64,000 bases of DNA from positions 2,432,001 through 2,496,000 of the forward strand of contig CBDETY010000003.1 in the NCBI GenBank assembly GCA_965243025.1, given 5' to 3'. Each line of letters begins with the position of its first letter. Within the stretch, counting starts at the first letter, position 1. Shown here in pieces: positions 28,616-37,478 of the stretch. Made by a program: the position numbers and the translations under genes. Source of the stretch: Candidatus Latescibacterota bacterium (lineage in GTDB: Bacteria; Latescibacterota; UBA2968; UBA8231). Under the pieces are notes generated by a model, which made no database searches, was not told the DNA's origin, and was given only the letters and a program-made list of their open reading frames with translations.

Positions 28616-29974
28616 CTACGGAGCGAACTGGTAGACAATCTGCAACTGCGCCGGATCGGTGATCTCCGGGTCGGTGTGGTGGTAGATGTTCACCGCCCCG
28701 GTGCCGCAGTCGCCGAAGTCGTCGCAGGAAAGCGTGCCGAGGAGGCCCTCGAAGTCCTCGGTCGCGCCGAGCGCCTCGCGCAGGGCGGCGCGGTCGACGT
28801 AGAGCGTGCCGTCCACGACCTCCCCGACGGACTCGATGGCGCTGAACAGCAGCGTTCCCGCGTCGTAGGAATGCACCCAGTACGGGGTGGTCGGAGACTC
28901 GCCGTACGCAGCCGAAAACGCCTCGAGCACGTCGTCGACGCTCTTGCCGGTGGCCTCGTTGACGTTCGCGCCCACCGCCGGCTCCGGACCGGCGAAGTAG
29001 ATGCCCAGCGACTGCGGCAGGGAAAGGAACTCGGTCAGCAGAAAGGCGGAGCTTGTGAGGAGCGTCGCGTCTTCCAGCCCCTCTTTCTCCTGCGCCTGCC
29101 CGGCGAAGTGCTCGCCCTCGGCGGGGAAGATCGGGAAGTAGATCCCGTCCGGCCCGGCTGCGGCGAACTCCTCGAGGATCTCCGCCATTTCCGTGGTCCC
29201 CTTCTCGATCCTGGAAGCGACCGGGACCTCGCCGCCGAGATCGCTGAACGCCCTTCCGAAGGCGACGGTCAGGCCCATGGTGTAGGGATCGCCGTCGTCC
29301 AGGGTCACCACTTTCCGCAGGCCGAGCTCATTGTAGGCGAAATCCGCTACGGCGTTCGCCTCGTAGAGGTCGTTGTTGGTGGTGCGGAAATAACCGGCGT
29401 GGTAGTTGGGACTGGCGTTGCCGGCGAGGTCGGAGGTTAGGGCCGGCGAGGTGTTGCCCGGCGAGATCATCACCAGCCCCGCCTCGCTGAGCAGCGGCGA
29501 GGCCTCGACCGCGGCGCCCGAGCAGGAGGTGCCGATGACGCCGACCACCTGCCCCTCGGCGATGACGGCCGCGGCCGCGGCGCGGCCGCCCTCTCCCGAG
29601 CACATGGCGTCAAGCGATTCTCCGAGGTCGACCTCGCGGCCGTGGATGTCCCCGTAGTCCGCGGCTGCCAGCTCGAGGCTGTTCCGCAACCCGGTGGCGA
29701 GACCGGGAACGACGGTGTGCGAGAACAGCGATCGGATCCGGATGGCCTCGCCGACGCCGATCTCGACCGCTCCGAGCGCTCCGGCCTCGAAGCCGGGGGC
29801 TTCCATATCGGCCCGCGACTCGTCCAGACCGGCCACGGGTGCGCTCCGCGCCGGACTGCTGCCGATGCGCTTGCCGGACGGCTCGCCCGGTGAGGTGGAG
29901 GAAACGGGGTCCCGGTCCGAGCAGGCGCCCAGGACCAGGAGACCGGTCAGCAGAAAAGAGAGTGGGACTTTCAT
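28616..29974 (-). CDS. Branched-chain amino acid type ABC substrate-binding lipoprotein (LivJ/K-like)
   Basis: LGAC lipobox; VIGTSCSGAA; MISPGNTSPALT; YFRT; DGDPYTMGL; SYDA; FEGLLGTLSCD. Confidence 0.85.
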   Translation of the reverse strand: MKVPLSFLLTGLLVLGACSDRDPVSSTSPGEPSGKRIGSSPARSAPVAGLDESRADMEAPGFEAGALGAVEIGVGEAIRIRSLFSHTVVPGLATGLRNSLELAAADYGDIHGREVDLGESLDAMCSGEGGRAAAAAVIAEGQVVGVIGTSCSGAAVEASPLLSEAGLVMISPGNTSPALTSDLAGNASPNYHAGYFRTTNNDLYEANAVADFAYNELGLRKVVTLDDGDPYTMGLTVAFGRAFSDLGGEVPVASRIEKGTTEMAEILEEFAAAGPDGIYFPIFPAEGEHFAGQAQEKEGLEDATLLTSSAFLLTEFLSLPQSLGIYFAGPEPAVGANVNEATGKSVDDVLEAFSAAYGESPTTPYWVHSYDAGTLLFSAIESVGEVVDGTLYVDRAALREALGATEDFEGLLGTLSCDDFGDCGTGAVNIYHHTDPEITDPAQLQIVYQFAP

Positions 29975-30212
29975 GGGTCCTTCCTTTGAGAAGAATCGGG
30001 TGATTGCCCCGGTAGATGCATGGCAGCAGGAGCTCTCTGCGGTAACCGGAGGAATGGATTGAAAAAGGAGCGGCTCAGGTGAATGACATGCTGCGGGTAT
30101 TCAAGGAAATCCTCCTTTTCGCATGAATGAGATGGAGCCGGGGGAGGTGAAACTTCTGATCCGGGAGTAAGGTGCCGCGGAAAAGCAGCCTGGCTTTTTT
30201 CCATCTGCTGGC

Positions 30213-30713
30213 TCAGGTCGTATCGACGATGGCGACGCCGTCGCGCATCTCGAGCACCAGAACGCGGTCGCCGGGGCTGAGAGCGGCCCGTCCCCCGGCC
30301 CGGCGCGCCAGGAGCTCGATGGTGCGGCCCTGAACGGTTCCCGAGATCTTGCCGGTGCCGCCGACGGCGATGGGGACGGTGACTTCGGCTTCGAGGCCGA
30401 CCAGGTCCTCCCCGTCCAGGGAACTGTCCGCGGTGGAGCTTCCGAGCCGGCTGAGAACCCAGTCTCCCAGGAAGGCGCAGACCATGCCTGTGCCCAGCGC
30501 CGTGAACAACGTGGCGCCCGGCCCCATCAGCAGGCGGCCGAGCAGCCCGGCCAGCCCGAAGAAGAAGGCGAAGAACAACACCGCCCTCAGCCGCAGGAAG
30601 GCCAGCGCCCTCAGCCCGTCTCCCAGGCCATCCCCGTCTCCCCCGAACAGCGAGGCGCCGACCGCGATTCCGCCGACGATCAGGCCGCTCAGGTACAGGT
30701 AGAACAGGTCCAC
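30213..30713 (-). CDS. NfeD-like (YuaF-type) membrane protein with C-terminal OB fold
   Basis: Three hydrophobic segments, then LVGLEAEVTVPI...G.RVLVL; adjacent to flotillin. Confidence 0.8.
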   Translation of the reverse strand: MDLFYLYLSGLIVGGIAVGASLFGGDGDGLGDGLRALAFLRLRAVLFFAFFFGLAGLLGRLLMGPGATLFTALGTGMVCAFLGDWVLSRLGSSTADSSLDGEDLVGLEAEVTVPIAVGGTGKISGTVQGRTIELLARRAGGRAALSPGDRVLVLEMRDGVAIVDTT

Positions 30714-30714
30714 G

Positions 30715-31995
30715 CTACCGATCCTGGGCCGGGAGCTGGCCGTCGGACTTCTCGGCGATGACCGAGGCCAGGTCGACTCCGGTTGTCGCCTTGATGCTCT
30801 CGAACAGCGCCGGCGCCAGCGCCCCGATCTGGTTGACGACCGCGGGCAGACCGCTCTGGCTGCCGTTGCCGGAATCGACGACGGCGAGGTGGTCGATCTT
30901 GATGTCCTTGGCCATGGCCGTGATCTGCTCGACCAGGTTGGGGAGCATCTGGATCAGCAGGAGCTCCTTGCCGTTGGGCCCGGCGATGTTCCAGATGTCG
31001 TTTTTCTGCTTGAGCACCTCGATCTCGGCGAGTCCGTTTTCGAGGATGTCGGCCGCGGCCCCCTTGGCCCGCAGCTCCGCGGCGTCGCGGTCGGCGCGCG
31101 CCGGCTCGATGACCTCGATCTCCAGCTGGCGCTTCTGCAGGGCCAGCCGCTCCTGCTCGACCTCCTGCTCGGCCTGAACCTCGGCCTTGCGGGCGACCTG
31201 TGCGGCGCGCTTCTCCGCGGCCAGGCCCTCCCCTTCCAGGTCGGCCTTGCGGACCCTGAGCAGGTTCTGCGCATCGACGATCTCGACCTGGGCCTCGGCG
31301 TCGGCGACCTCGCCGCGGCGGCGGGCATCGGCGGATTTCTCCTGCGATTCGGCGCGGTTTTCCGCCTCGGCGATCTCGGCTTCCTTGAGGACGGCGGCGG
31401 TGCTCTTGCGGCCGATGGCGTCGAGATAGCCGACCTCGTCCGAGACGTTCTGGATCTTCAGCGTGTCGAGAACCAGCCCGAGCTTCTGAAGATCGACGTC
31501 GGCCTCGCCGATGAGCGATTCGGCGAACTTCAGGCGGTCCTCGTTGACTTCCTCCGGGGTCAGGGTGGCCAGGACCCCGCGCAGGTTGCCCTCGAGGTTG
31601 TCCTTGGCAATCTCCTGTACCTCGGCGAGGTCTTTGCCCAGAAAGCGCTCCAGCGCGTTTCCGAGCAGGGGCTCGTCGCCGGCGATCTTGATGTTGGCGA
31701 TCCCCTGGACCGAAAGCGGAATGCCCCCCTTGGAGTAGGCGTTGGTGATCGAGACTTCGAGGGGAATCGTGCGCAGGTCGAGGCGGTCGACCTTTTCGAG
31801 AAGGGGGATGCGGAAGGCTCGTCCCCCCTTTATCACGCGGTAGCCGACGTCGCGGCCGTCGGAGGTCCGCCGCTTGCGGCCCGAGAAGATGATCACCTCG
31901 TTGGGCTGACAGATGAAGAGATTCGTCGTGATGATGGCGATCAGCACGACGAGCAGCGCCGAAAAAACCAGGGCGAAGGTCAGGATCATTCCCAT
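30715..31995 (-). CDS. Flotillin / SPFH domain protein
   Basis: N-terminal TM; ICQPNEVIIFSGR; ALERFLG; LEGNLRGVLATLTPEEVNEDR; AEA-rich coiled coil. Confidence 0.9.
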   Translation of the reverse strand: MGMILTFALVFSALLVVLIAIITTNLFICQPNEVIIFSGRKRRTSDGRDVGYRVIKGGRAFRIPLLEKVDRLDLRTIPLEVSITNAYSKGGIPLSVQGIANIKIAGDEPLLGNALERFLGKDLAEVQEIAKDNLEGNLRGVLATLTPEEVNEDRLKFAESLIGEADVDLQKLGLVLDTLKIQNVSDEVGYLDAIGRKSTAAVLKEAEIAEAENRAESQEKSADARRRGEVADAEAQVEIVDAQNLLRVRKADLEGEGLAAEKRAAQVARKAEVQAEQEVEQERLALQKRQLEIEVIEPARADRDAAELRAKGAAADILENGLAEIEVLKQKNDIWNIAGPNGKELLLIQMLPNLVEQITAMAKDIKIDHLAVVDSGNGSQSGLPAVVNQIGALAPALFESIKATTGVDLASVIAEKSDGQLPAQDR

Positions 31996-32136
31996 CTCGC
32001 ACCTCCTTTGGCGTTTGGGGGACCCGCAAGCGCACAGGACACCGCTAATTTATCGATGCCCCGTCACGCTTCCGAGAACAAATTTCCCCGCCAGCCGTGA
32101 ACGATGCGGCCGCCGGGTGAGAAAACGCGGGAATCC

Positions 32137-34728
32137 ATGCAACGTCTGGCAGCATTGACCGTGCGTGAAGAAGCCGGCCTCGAGCGCCGCGCCTGGCCTG
32201 TGACCCGGGGAGTGCCCCTGCCGCGGGGAGCGGTGGCCGATCCCGGAACCCTGCGGCTGCAGGATGCCCGGGGCCGGGAAATCCCGCTTCAGAGCAGGGC
32301 CTTGAACCGCTGGGAGGAAGGCAGCGTCAAATGGGTCCTGGCCGACTTTCAGGCCGACCTTCCCGCCTCCGGCGAGGCCGGCTACTCGCTGGTCATCGGC
32401 GCCGGCGGGGAGCCGGCCGGGCCGGAGCAGGGCGTGCGGATTCACGAGGACCACGAGCGTCTGGTCGTGTGCACCGGCCCCATGCGCTTTGGGGTGGACA
32501 AACAACGCTACGGCCTTCTGCAAGAGGTGGAGCTGGGCCGGTGGGAAGGGGGCGGGTTCGTCGCGGAAGCCGCGGCGGCCCCGGGCCGCGGGGACGCCTG
32601 GGCCCGCATCTGCGAGGCTTCCCCGGTGGAGGGGACGCGGCGCCGGATCTACGGCATGGGCGGGGTCTGCCGGGCATCGCTGGCCCGGGAGGGATACCGC
32701 GTCGAGGTGGAGGAGGCCGGGCCGCTGCGGGCGGTGATCCGCTGCGAGGGAGCCCTCGAGGCCGAGGCCCCGATGCACCATTACGCCGGGTACCGCCCCT
32801 TCCGCCTGGTGACGCGGATCCACGCCTTTGCCGGCCATGCCTTCGTGCGGGTGCTGCACACGGTGGTGGTGGCCTGCGATCCGAGGCAGACCGAGCTGCA
32901 GGAGCTGGCCGTGCGGATTCGGCTGGGAGCGCCGGGGGCGCGGCGCTGCCGGGTGGGCGGAGACCGCGCTCCAGGGAAGGGCGGCCCGGGCGACCCGGCC
33001 AGGGGAAACGACCGGACCACGGAAGGCGCGCTGTCCATGGAAGGGGTCCTCGCGCCGGATGAAGCGCTGCTCCTGGCCCAGCACCAGGACCGCCGCTTCC
33101 GCCTGGAGCGGCGCCGCGGCGGGGGCACGGAGATCCTCGACGAAGGGGAGCGGGCCGCCGGCTGGGCGGTGCTCGAGGGGGAAGAGGCCGGCGTCGGAGT
33201 CGCCCTGCGCCATATGGCCGAGGAGTACCCCAAGGCCCTCGGCCTGGAGCCGGGGAGCATCGACCTGTTCCTGTGGAAGGACCCCGGCGGCGGGCGGCTC
33301 GACTTCCGGCGCTGCGCCGAGGAGGTGGCCTGGCACGAGGGGGAGGGGGTGTACAGCGACGGACTCGGCATCGCCAAGACCTCGGAGTTCTTCCTCGACT
33401 ACTTCCGCGGCCGGGAGAGCGCACAGGCGCCCCGCAGGCTGGCCGCCCTGCTCGACTGGCCCCAGGCCTCCGTCGATCCCGGGTGGATGGCGCGCTGCCG
33501 GGCCGCCGGCGGTTTCGCCCCCCGCGACCCGGCCGCCTTCCCGCGCTCCGAGCGCATGCTCGACGGCTCCCTCGGGTGGATGGCCCGCAGCATCGAGGCC
33601 AACCGCTGGTACGGCTTCCTCGACTGGGGCGACGCGCTGGCCTCCTGGGAGGAGTCGACCGGCGGCTGGCGCTTCCGCGGCCGCTGGGGCTGGTGCAACA
33701 GCGAGTGGGACCCCCGCCACGCGGTCTGGATCCAGTACGCCCGCAGCGGAGAAGCCCGCTGGTTCCGCCTCGGGGAGGCGATGACGCGGCACTCGATGGA
33801 CGTCGACACCTGCCACTACCACCCCCTGAGGCCCTACATGGTCGGCGGCTGCTTCCGCCACAGCCTCGACCACTTCGGCGACGAGCCCTGCGCCTCGCAC
33901 ACCTTCATCGACAACTGGATCGACTACTACTACCTGACCGGAGACCTGCGCACCTTGGAAGTGCTGCGGGAGGCCGGCGAGTTCTTCCTGCGCTACCGCT
34001 GGAGCGAGGATCCCCGCTTCTCCTTCAGCCTGCGCAGCATCGCCAACACCCTGCGCGGCCTGCTGCATCTGTGGGAGCTGACCGGCGAGGAGCGCTTCGG
34101 GAAGCGCGCCGGCGAGGTCTTTGCGGTCGTCGCCCGGGGCCAGAACGAGGACGGCAGCTGGCACAAGCGCTTCCAGGTCTCCACCCCGGACCGGCTTCCC
34201 GGGCAGCTGCCCAGCGGCATGGCGACCGAAGGCACGACCCTGGCCGTGGAGATGGGCACCGCCGACCCCTTCACCGGGGACGAGCTGGCCGGCCTGTGGG
34301 GAGCCCCGGCCCGGGGCAGGAAGGAGCTGCCACACTCCGAGCTGAAGGGGTACCAGACCCACTACCTGATGATCGGGCTCGAGCTGATGCACGGCCTGAC
34401 CGGCAGGGCCGACGTGGCCGGGTGCTACCGCCGCGCGGTGGACTGGTTCTGCGGCGGGCCCGGAGCGTTCGACGCGGACTTCGCCTGGGAGCAGCAGTAC
34501 GGCGGCATCCTGTGCCGCCACCTAGGGTACGCCTGGAGGCTTTCCGGCGAGCAGGGCTACCTGGAAGTGGGCCGGCGGCTGCTGGTCCGCCTGGCCGGGT
34601 CGCAGGACTGGAGCGACGATCCCCGGAAACGCGGCTCCGTGGGCATGAGCCCGATGTACCTGAGCCTGCTGTTCTTCGGGGTGCCTTATCTGCTGGGGGT
34701 GCTGCAGGAGGCGGGGCTGGAGGAGTGA
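32137..34728 (+). CDS. Exo-rhamnogalacturonan lyase-like (PL26/YetA-like) protein
   Basis: PVTRGVPLPRG..W..GSVKW N-terminal barrel; WYGFLDWGD; WCNSE; RHSMDVD; YYYLTGD (alpha/alpha)6-type motifs. Confidence 0.65.
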   Translation: MQRLAALTVREEAGLERRAWPVTRGVPLPRGAVADPGTLRLQDARGREIPLQSRALNRWEEGSVKWVLADFQADLPASGEAGYSLVIGAGGEPAGPEQGVRIHEDHERLVVCTGPMRFGVDKQRYGLLQEVELGRWEGGGFVAEAAAAPGRGDAWARICEASPVEGTRRRIYGMGGVCRASLAREGYRVEVEEAGPLRAVIRCEGALEAEAPMHHYAGYRPFRLVTRIHAFAGHAFVRVLHTVVVACDPRQTELQELAVRIRLGAPGARRCRVGGDRAPGKGGPGDPARGNDRTTEGALSMEGVLAPDEALLLAQHQDRRFRLERRRGGGTEILDEGERAAGWAVLEGEEAGVGVALRHMAEEYPKALGLEPGSIDLFLWKDPGGGRLDFRRCAEEVAWHEGEGVYSDGLGIAKTSEFFLDYFRGRESAQAPRRLAALLDWPQASVDPGWMARCRAAGGFAPRDPAAFPRSERMLDGSLGWMARSIEANRWYGFLDWGDALASWEESTGGWRFRGRWGWCNSEWDPRHAVWIQYARSGEARWFRLGEAMTRHSMDVDTCHYHPLRPYMVGGCFRHSLDHFGDEPCASHTFIDNWIDYYYLTGDLRTLEVLREAGEFFLRYRWSEDPRFSFSLRSIANTLRGLLHLWELTGEERFGKRAGEVFAVVARGQNEDGSWHKRFQVSTPDRLPGQLPSGMATEGTTLAVEMGTADPFTGDELAGLWGAPARGRKELPHSELKGYQTHYLMIGLELMHGLTGRADVAGCYRRAVDWFCGGPGAFDADFAWEQQYGGILCRHLGYAWRLSGEQGYLEVGRRLLVRLAGSQDWSDDPRKRGSVGMSPMYLSLLFFGVPYLLGVLQEAGLEE

Positions 34729-34761
34729 AGGCGGGGCCGGCCGCCTTCCGCTGATCGAGGC

Positions 34762-35661
34762 TCAGTAAGCCACGTAGACGGCGCGCAGGGTTTCCGTGGC
34801 ACCGCCGGAGTCCTCCCCTGCATCGACGGACACCCGCAGCAGGTAGGCGCCCGGTGCCAGGCGGGTGCCGGCGGCGTCGACTCCCTCCCACTTCACCCGG
34901 TACGCGCCGCTGGCCCGTGAACGCCGCCGGACATCGCTCCACAGGCGGCGCCCCGACAGGTCGAAAACCTCCGCTGAAACCTGCCGCGGGCCCTCGACTC
35001 GAAGCACACTGAAGGTCAGCTGCATCTCGTCGTTGGTGCCGTCTCCGTTGGGGGTTACCACGGGGGAGCTCAGTTGCAGTCCGCCGACCATCGGGCGGCC
35101 CGGAGGCGTCAGCACCTGCATCACACCGCTCTGGATCTCCTCCAAAGCCTCCTGATCGGGGTCGACGCGCTGCCAGCTGCCCGGGGAGCTGGTGTTTCCG
35201 ACGCTGGAGGACAGGGCCGTTCCGTGGCCGTAGATGACGGTGCTCATGTCGACGGCCACGACATCGTTGCGCCGCACCACCCCGGGCAGGCGCACCCAGA
35301 GCGAATCGGGGCCGGTGGGGATCACTTCGAGCTCCTCCTGAACCTCGCCGCCCCCGCCGGCGATGTCGGCAGCCGGCCCGAGGCGAAGCGCTTCCAGGCT
35401 CAGCGGCACGTCGTTGGCGCTCACCACCAGGATCTCGTCGATGCCGGGGCCGGAACGGCCGCGGTCGGGACGCAGGTAGAGAGTCAGGGGCGAGGCTTTC
35501 CCGAGATCGTCGAGCTGGGTGGGGTAGACCTCTCCGAGAGCCCGTTCCACCCAGGGGCTGGTGAAGCGGATCGACAGGCGCTGGAGGGTGGCGGAAAGAT
35601 CGGGATCGTCCGACATCAGGCGGGCGCGGATTTTCATGAGCCGGCGCGGCGACGGCGACAC
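34762..35661 (-). CDS. C-terminal part (FlgD-Ig CTD) of a secreted protein interrupted by an in-frame TGA
   Basis: VVTPNGDGTND...VFDLSGRR...WEGVDAAG..LAPGAYLLRV; in frame with the ORF ending at 35704. Confidence 0.7.
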   Translation of the reverse strand: MSPSPRRLMKIRARLMSDDPDLSATLQRLSIRFTSPWVERALGEVYPTQLDDLGKASPLTLYLRPDRGRSGPGIDEILVVSANDVPLSLEALRLGPAADIAGGGGEVQEELEVIPTGPDSLWVRLPGVVRRNDVVAVDMSTVIYGHGTALSSSVGNTSSPGSWQRVDPDQEALEEIQSGVMQVLTPPGRPMVGGLQLSSPVVTPNGDGTNDEMQLTFSVLRVEGPRQVSAEVFDLSGRRLWSDVRRRSRASGAYRVKWEGVDAAGTRLAPGAYLLRVSVDAGEDSGGATETLRAVYVAY

Positions 35662-35703
35662 GACCCGGTCGCCCGAGTTTTTTACCGGCCTGCTCCACTC
35701 GCT

Positions 35704-37305
35704 TCAGTCGGCGCCGGGAACGAGGCGCTCCCTGATCTCGCCTCGAAAGGACTTGGGAAGGGCCTTGTACTCCGACTCGGTCAGCTCCGAGCCGTCCTTG
35801 CGGAAGAATCGCTGAAGCGCTTCGGTCTCGTTCCCGGTGCGCGTCGAGATCTCTACGCGGGTGCCGGGGGGTTCGTCCGCCTCCCATTGAATAGTCGTCA
35901 GGTTTTTCGACTTTCCCAAATCGATCAACGGCGATTCGATCTCCACCTCCGGCTGGTAGCCGACCCCGAAGCTCTGAATCTCCCGGATGGGGACCTCGCG
36001 GCCGTGCCCCCGGCGGGGAATTTCCCGGATATCGAATTCAAACTGGACGAAACGGGCTTTCGACGGGGAAAACTGCGCCTCGTTCCACAACAGGGCCCTG
36101 GGTCCGGAATCCCACACACCGCTTCCCGCCTCTCTGTTTCGCCGTTCGTACAGCTGCCGCCACAGCAGCGTGCCGTCCGGGGCCAGGGATCCGTCCGAGA
36201 CCATCAGCCGGTACGTGGAGAGCACCACCTTGCGGCCGAAGTTGCCGAACAGAATGCGGATCCGGTTCAGCCAGTAGAAGGACCCCAGGTCGATGAGGAT
36301 GCGCTCCCGGGGATCGGGCAGGGCCCGCCCGACGGCATCGACGACTTCGTACGTGGAGAGGAAGTTCCCGTCGACAGTGCGGCTCTCGTTGGTACGGGGC
36401 CCGACGACGCTGCCCCCCCGCTCGAAGGTAGCCAGGGCGGTGTTCTCTCCGAAGGTCCACACCTCCAGCTCGGCCAGGCGCGGCCGTTCGCGCCGATAGT
36501 AGCGGAGAGGGCCCTGTTCTTCCGCGCCGAGCAGCTCCCAGGCCCCCTTTTCCAGCTGCCATTCGCGTCCCGTGCGGCTGCGGCCGAAGTACTCGATATC
36601 GCCCTGCCGAGCCGTTGGCAGGGCCTCGTACTCAGCACGGGAAATCTCCTCCGCCTTTCCCAGGCGGGAGTCGGTCACCACCACCTGGACGAAGCGGATG
36701 ACGTCGCCGGCGAAACCGGGGTCGGCCTTTTCGCCGGGTCTGATGTCGAAGCTGAACTCCCGCTGCCGGCGATTGGGGCGTTCCGTGCGGCCCACTTCCC
36801 TGAACAGGATCTGCTTGCTGAGAGCGATCGTCTCGCCCGTCGAAACCAGCACCTTGAACTGCAGGAACGGGTCGCCCAGTTCCTCGTCGACGAAACGCAG
36901 CGCCACCCGGCGGGCGGATACCGCTCTGCCGAGGTCGACCTCGACCCACCAGGTTTCCGGAGGCAGGGACAGGTCGGGCTCCCAGAAGGTGTCTCCCCTG
37001 CCGTCGATCATGCCGGACGCCTGGCGAACGTTGGAGCCGGCCCGGCTTTTGCCCCCCTTCTCCTCGTCGTCGCCCAGCGGATACTCGCCCGCGTCGAGAC
37101 AGGCGTTGTGCACACTGCGCACGTAGTTGGGTGTCACGCCTGCGGCGTCGACCGTCGCCGTCCCGAAGGGAATGTCCCAGGCGCGCCACCGCGTGGCTCC
37201 GCTGATGTCGATGCGGTCGCCGCGCAGCAGGAAGCCGCTCTGCGCGGACGCCGGCTCCTGGCCGGCAAGCAGGAACAAGGCCCACGGGGCGAGGAGCTTT
37301 TTCAC
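35704..37305 (-). CDS. N-terminal part of the same secreted protein (discoidin/F5-8-like modules)
   Basis: Signal peptide from GTG 37305; IDG..DTFW; WVEVDLGR; LIDLG; IESPLIDLG; ends PGAD-TGA-SEWS. Confidence 0.7.
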   Translation of the reverse strand: MKKLLAPWALFLLAGQEPASAQSGFLLRGDRIDISGATRWRAWDIPFGTATVDAAGVTPNYVRSVHNACLDAGEYPLGDDEEKGGKSRAGSNVRQASGMIDGRGDTFWEPDLSLPPETWWVEVDLGRAVSARRVALRFVDEELGDPFLQFKVLVSTGETIALSKQILFREVGRTERPNRRQREFSFDIRPGEKADPGFAGDVIRFVQVVVTDSRLGKAEEISRAEYEALPTARQGDIEYFGRSRTGREWQLEKGAWELLGAEEQGPLRYYRRERPRLAELEVWTFGENTALATFERGGSVVGPRTNESRTVDGNFLSTYEVVDAVGRALPDPRERILIDLGSFYWLNRIRILFGNFGRKVVLSTYRLMVSDGSLAPDGTLLWRQLYERRNREAGSGVWDSGPRALLWNEAQFSPSKARFVQFEFDIREIPRRGHGREVPIREIQSFGVGYQPEVEIESPLIDLGKSKNLTTIQWEADEPPGTRVEISTRTGNETEALQRFFRKDGSELTESEYKALPKSFRGEIRERLVPGAD

Positions 37306-37478
37306 CCGCAGTCGGGGACGAACCACGGTTTTACGCCGTCCTGCGGCTCGCTCTTTGAGTTTACTGCGAACCTTCAACTTCCGGAGGCAAGTCAGGCGAT
37401 CCGGCCGCCCCTCACGCATGACCTTTCGGCCGCGGCAGGTCCCTGCGGGACCCGTGCCACCCTCTGCCGCCATCACCC

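Noticed and set aside
29975-30212. Amino-acid riboswitch upstream of the LivJ-like gene
   Set aside because: No glycine, lysine, SAM or T-box consensus recognised.
35704-35706. Selenocysteine or genome-wide TGA recoding
   Set aside because: The context implies Trp rather than Cys, and TGA ends many genes here at their expected C-termini (ppk2, idnD).
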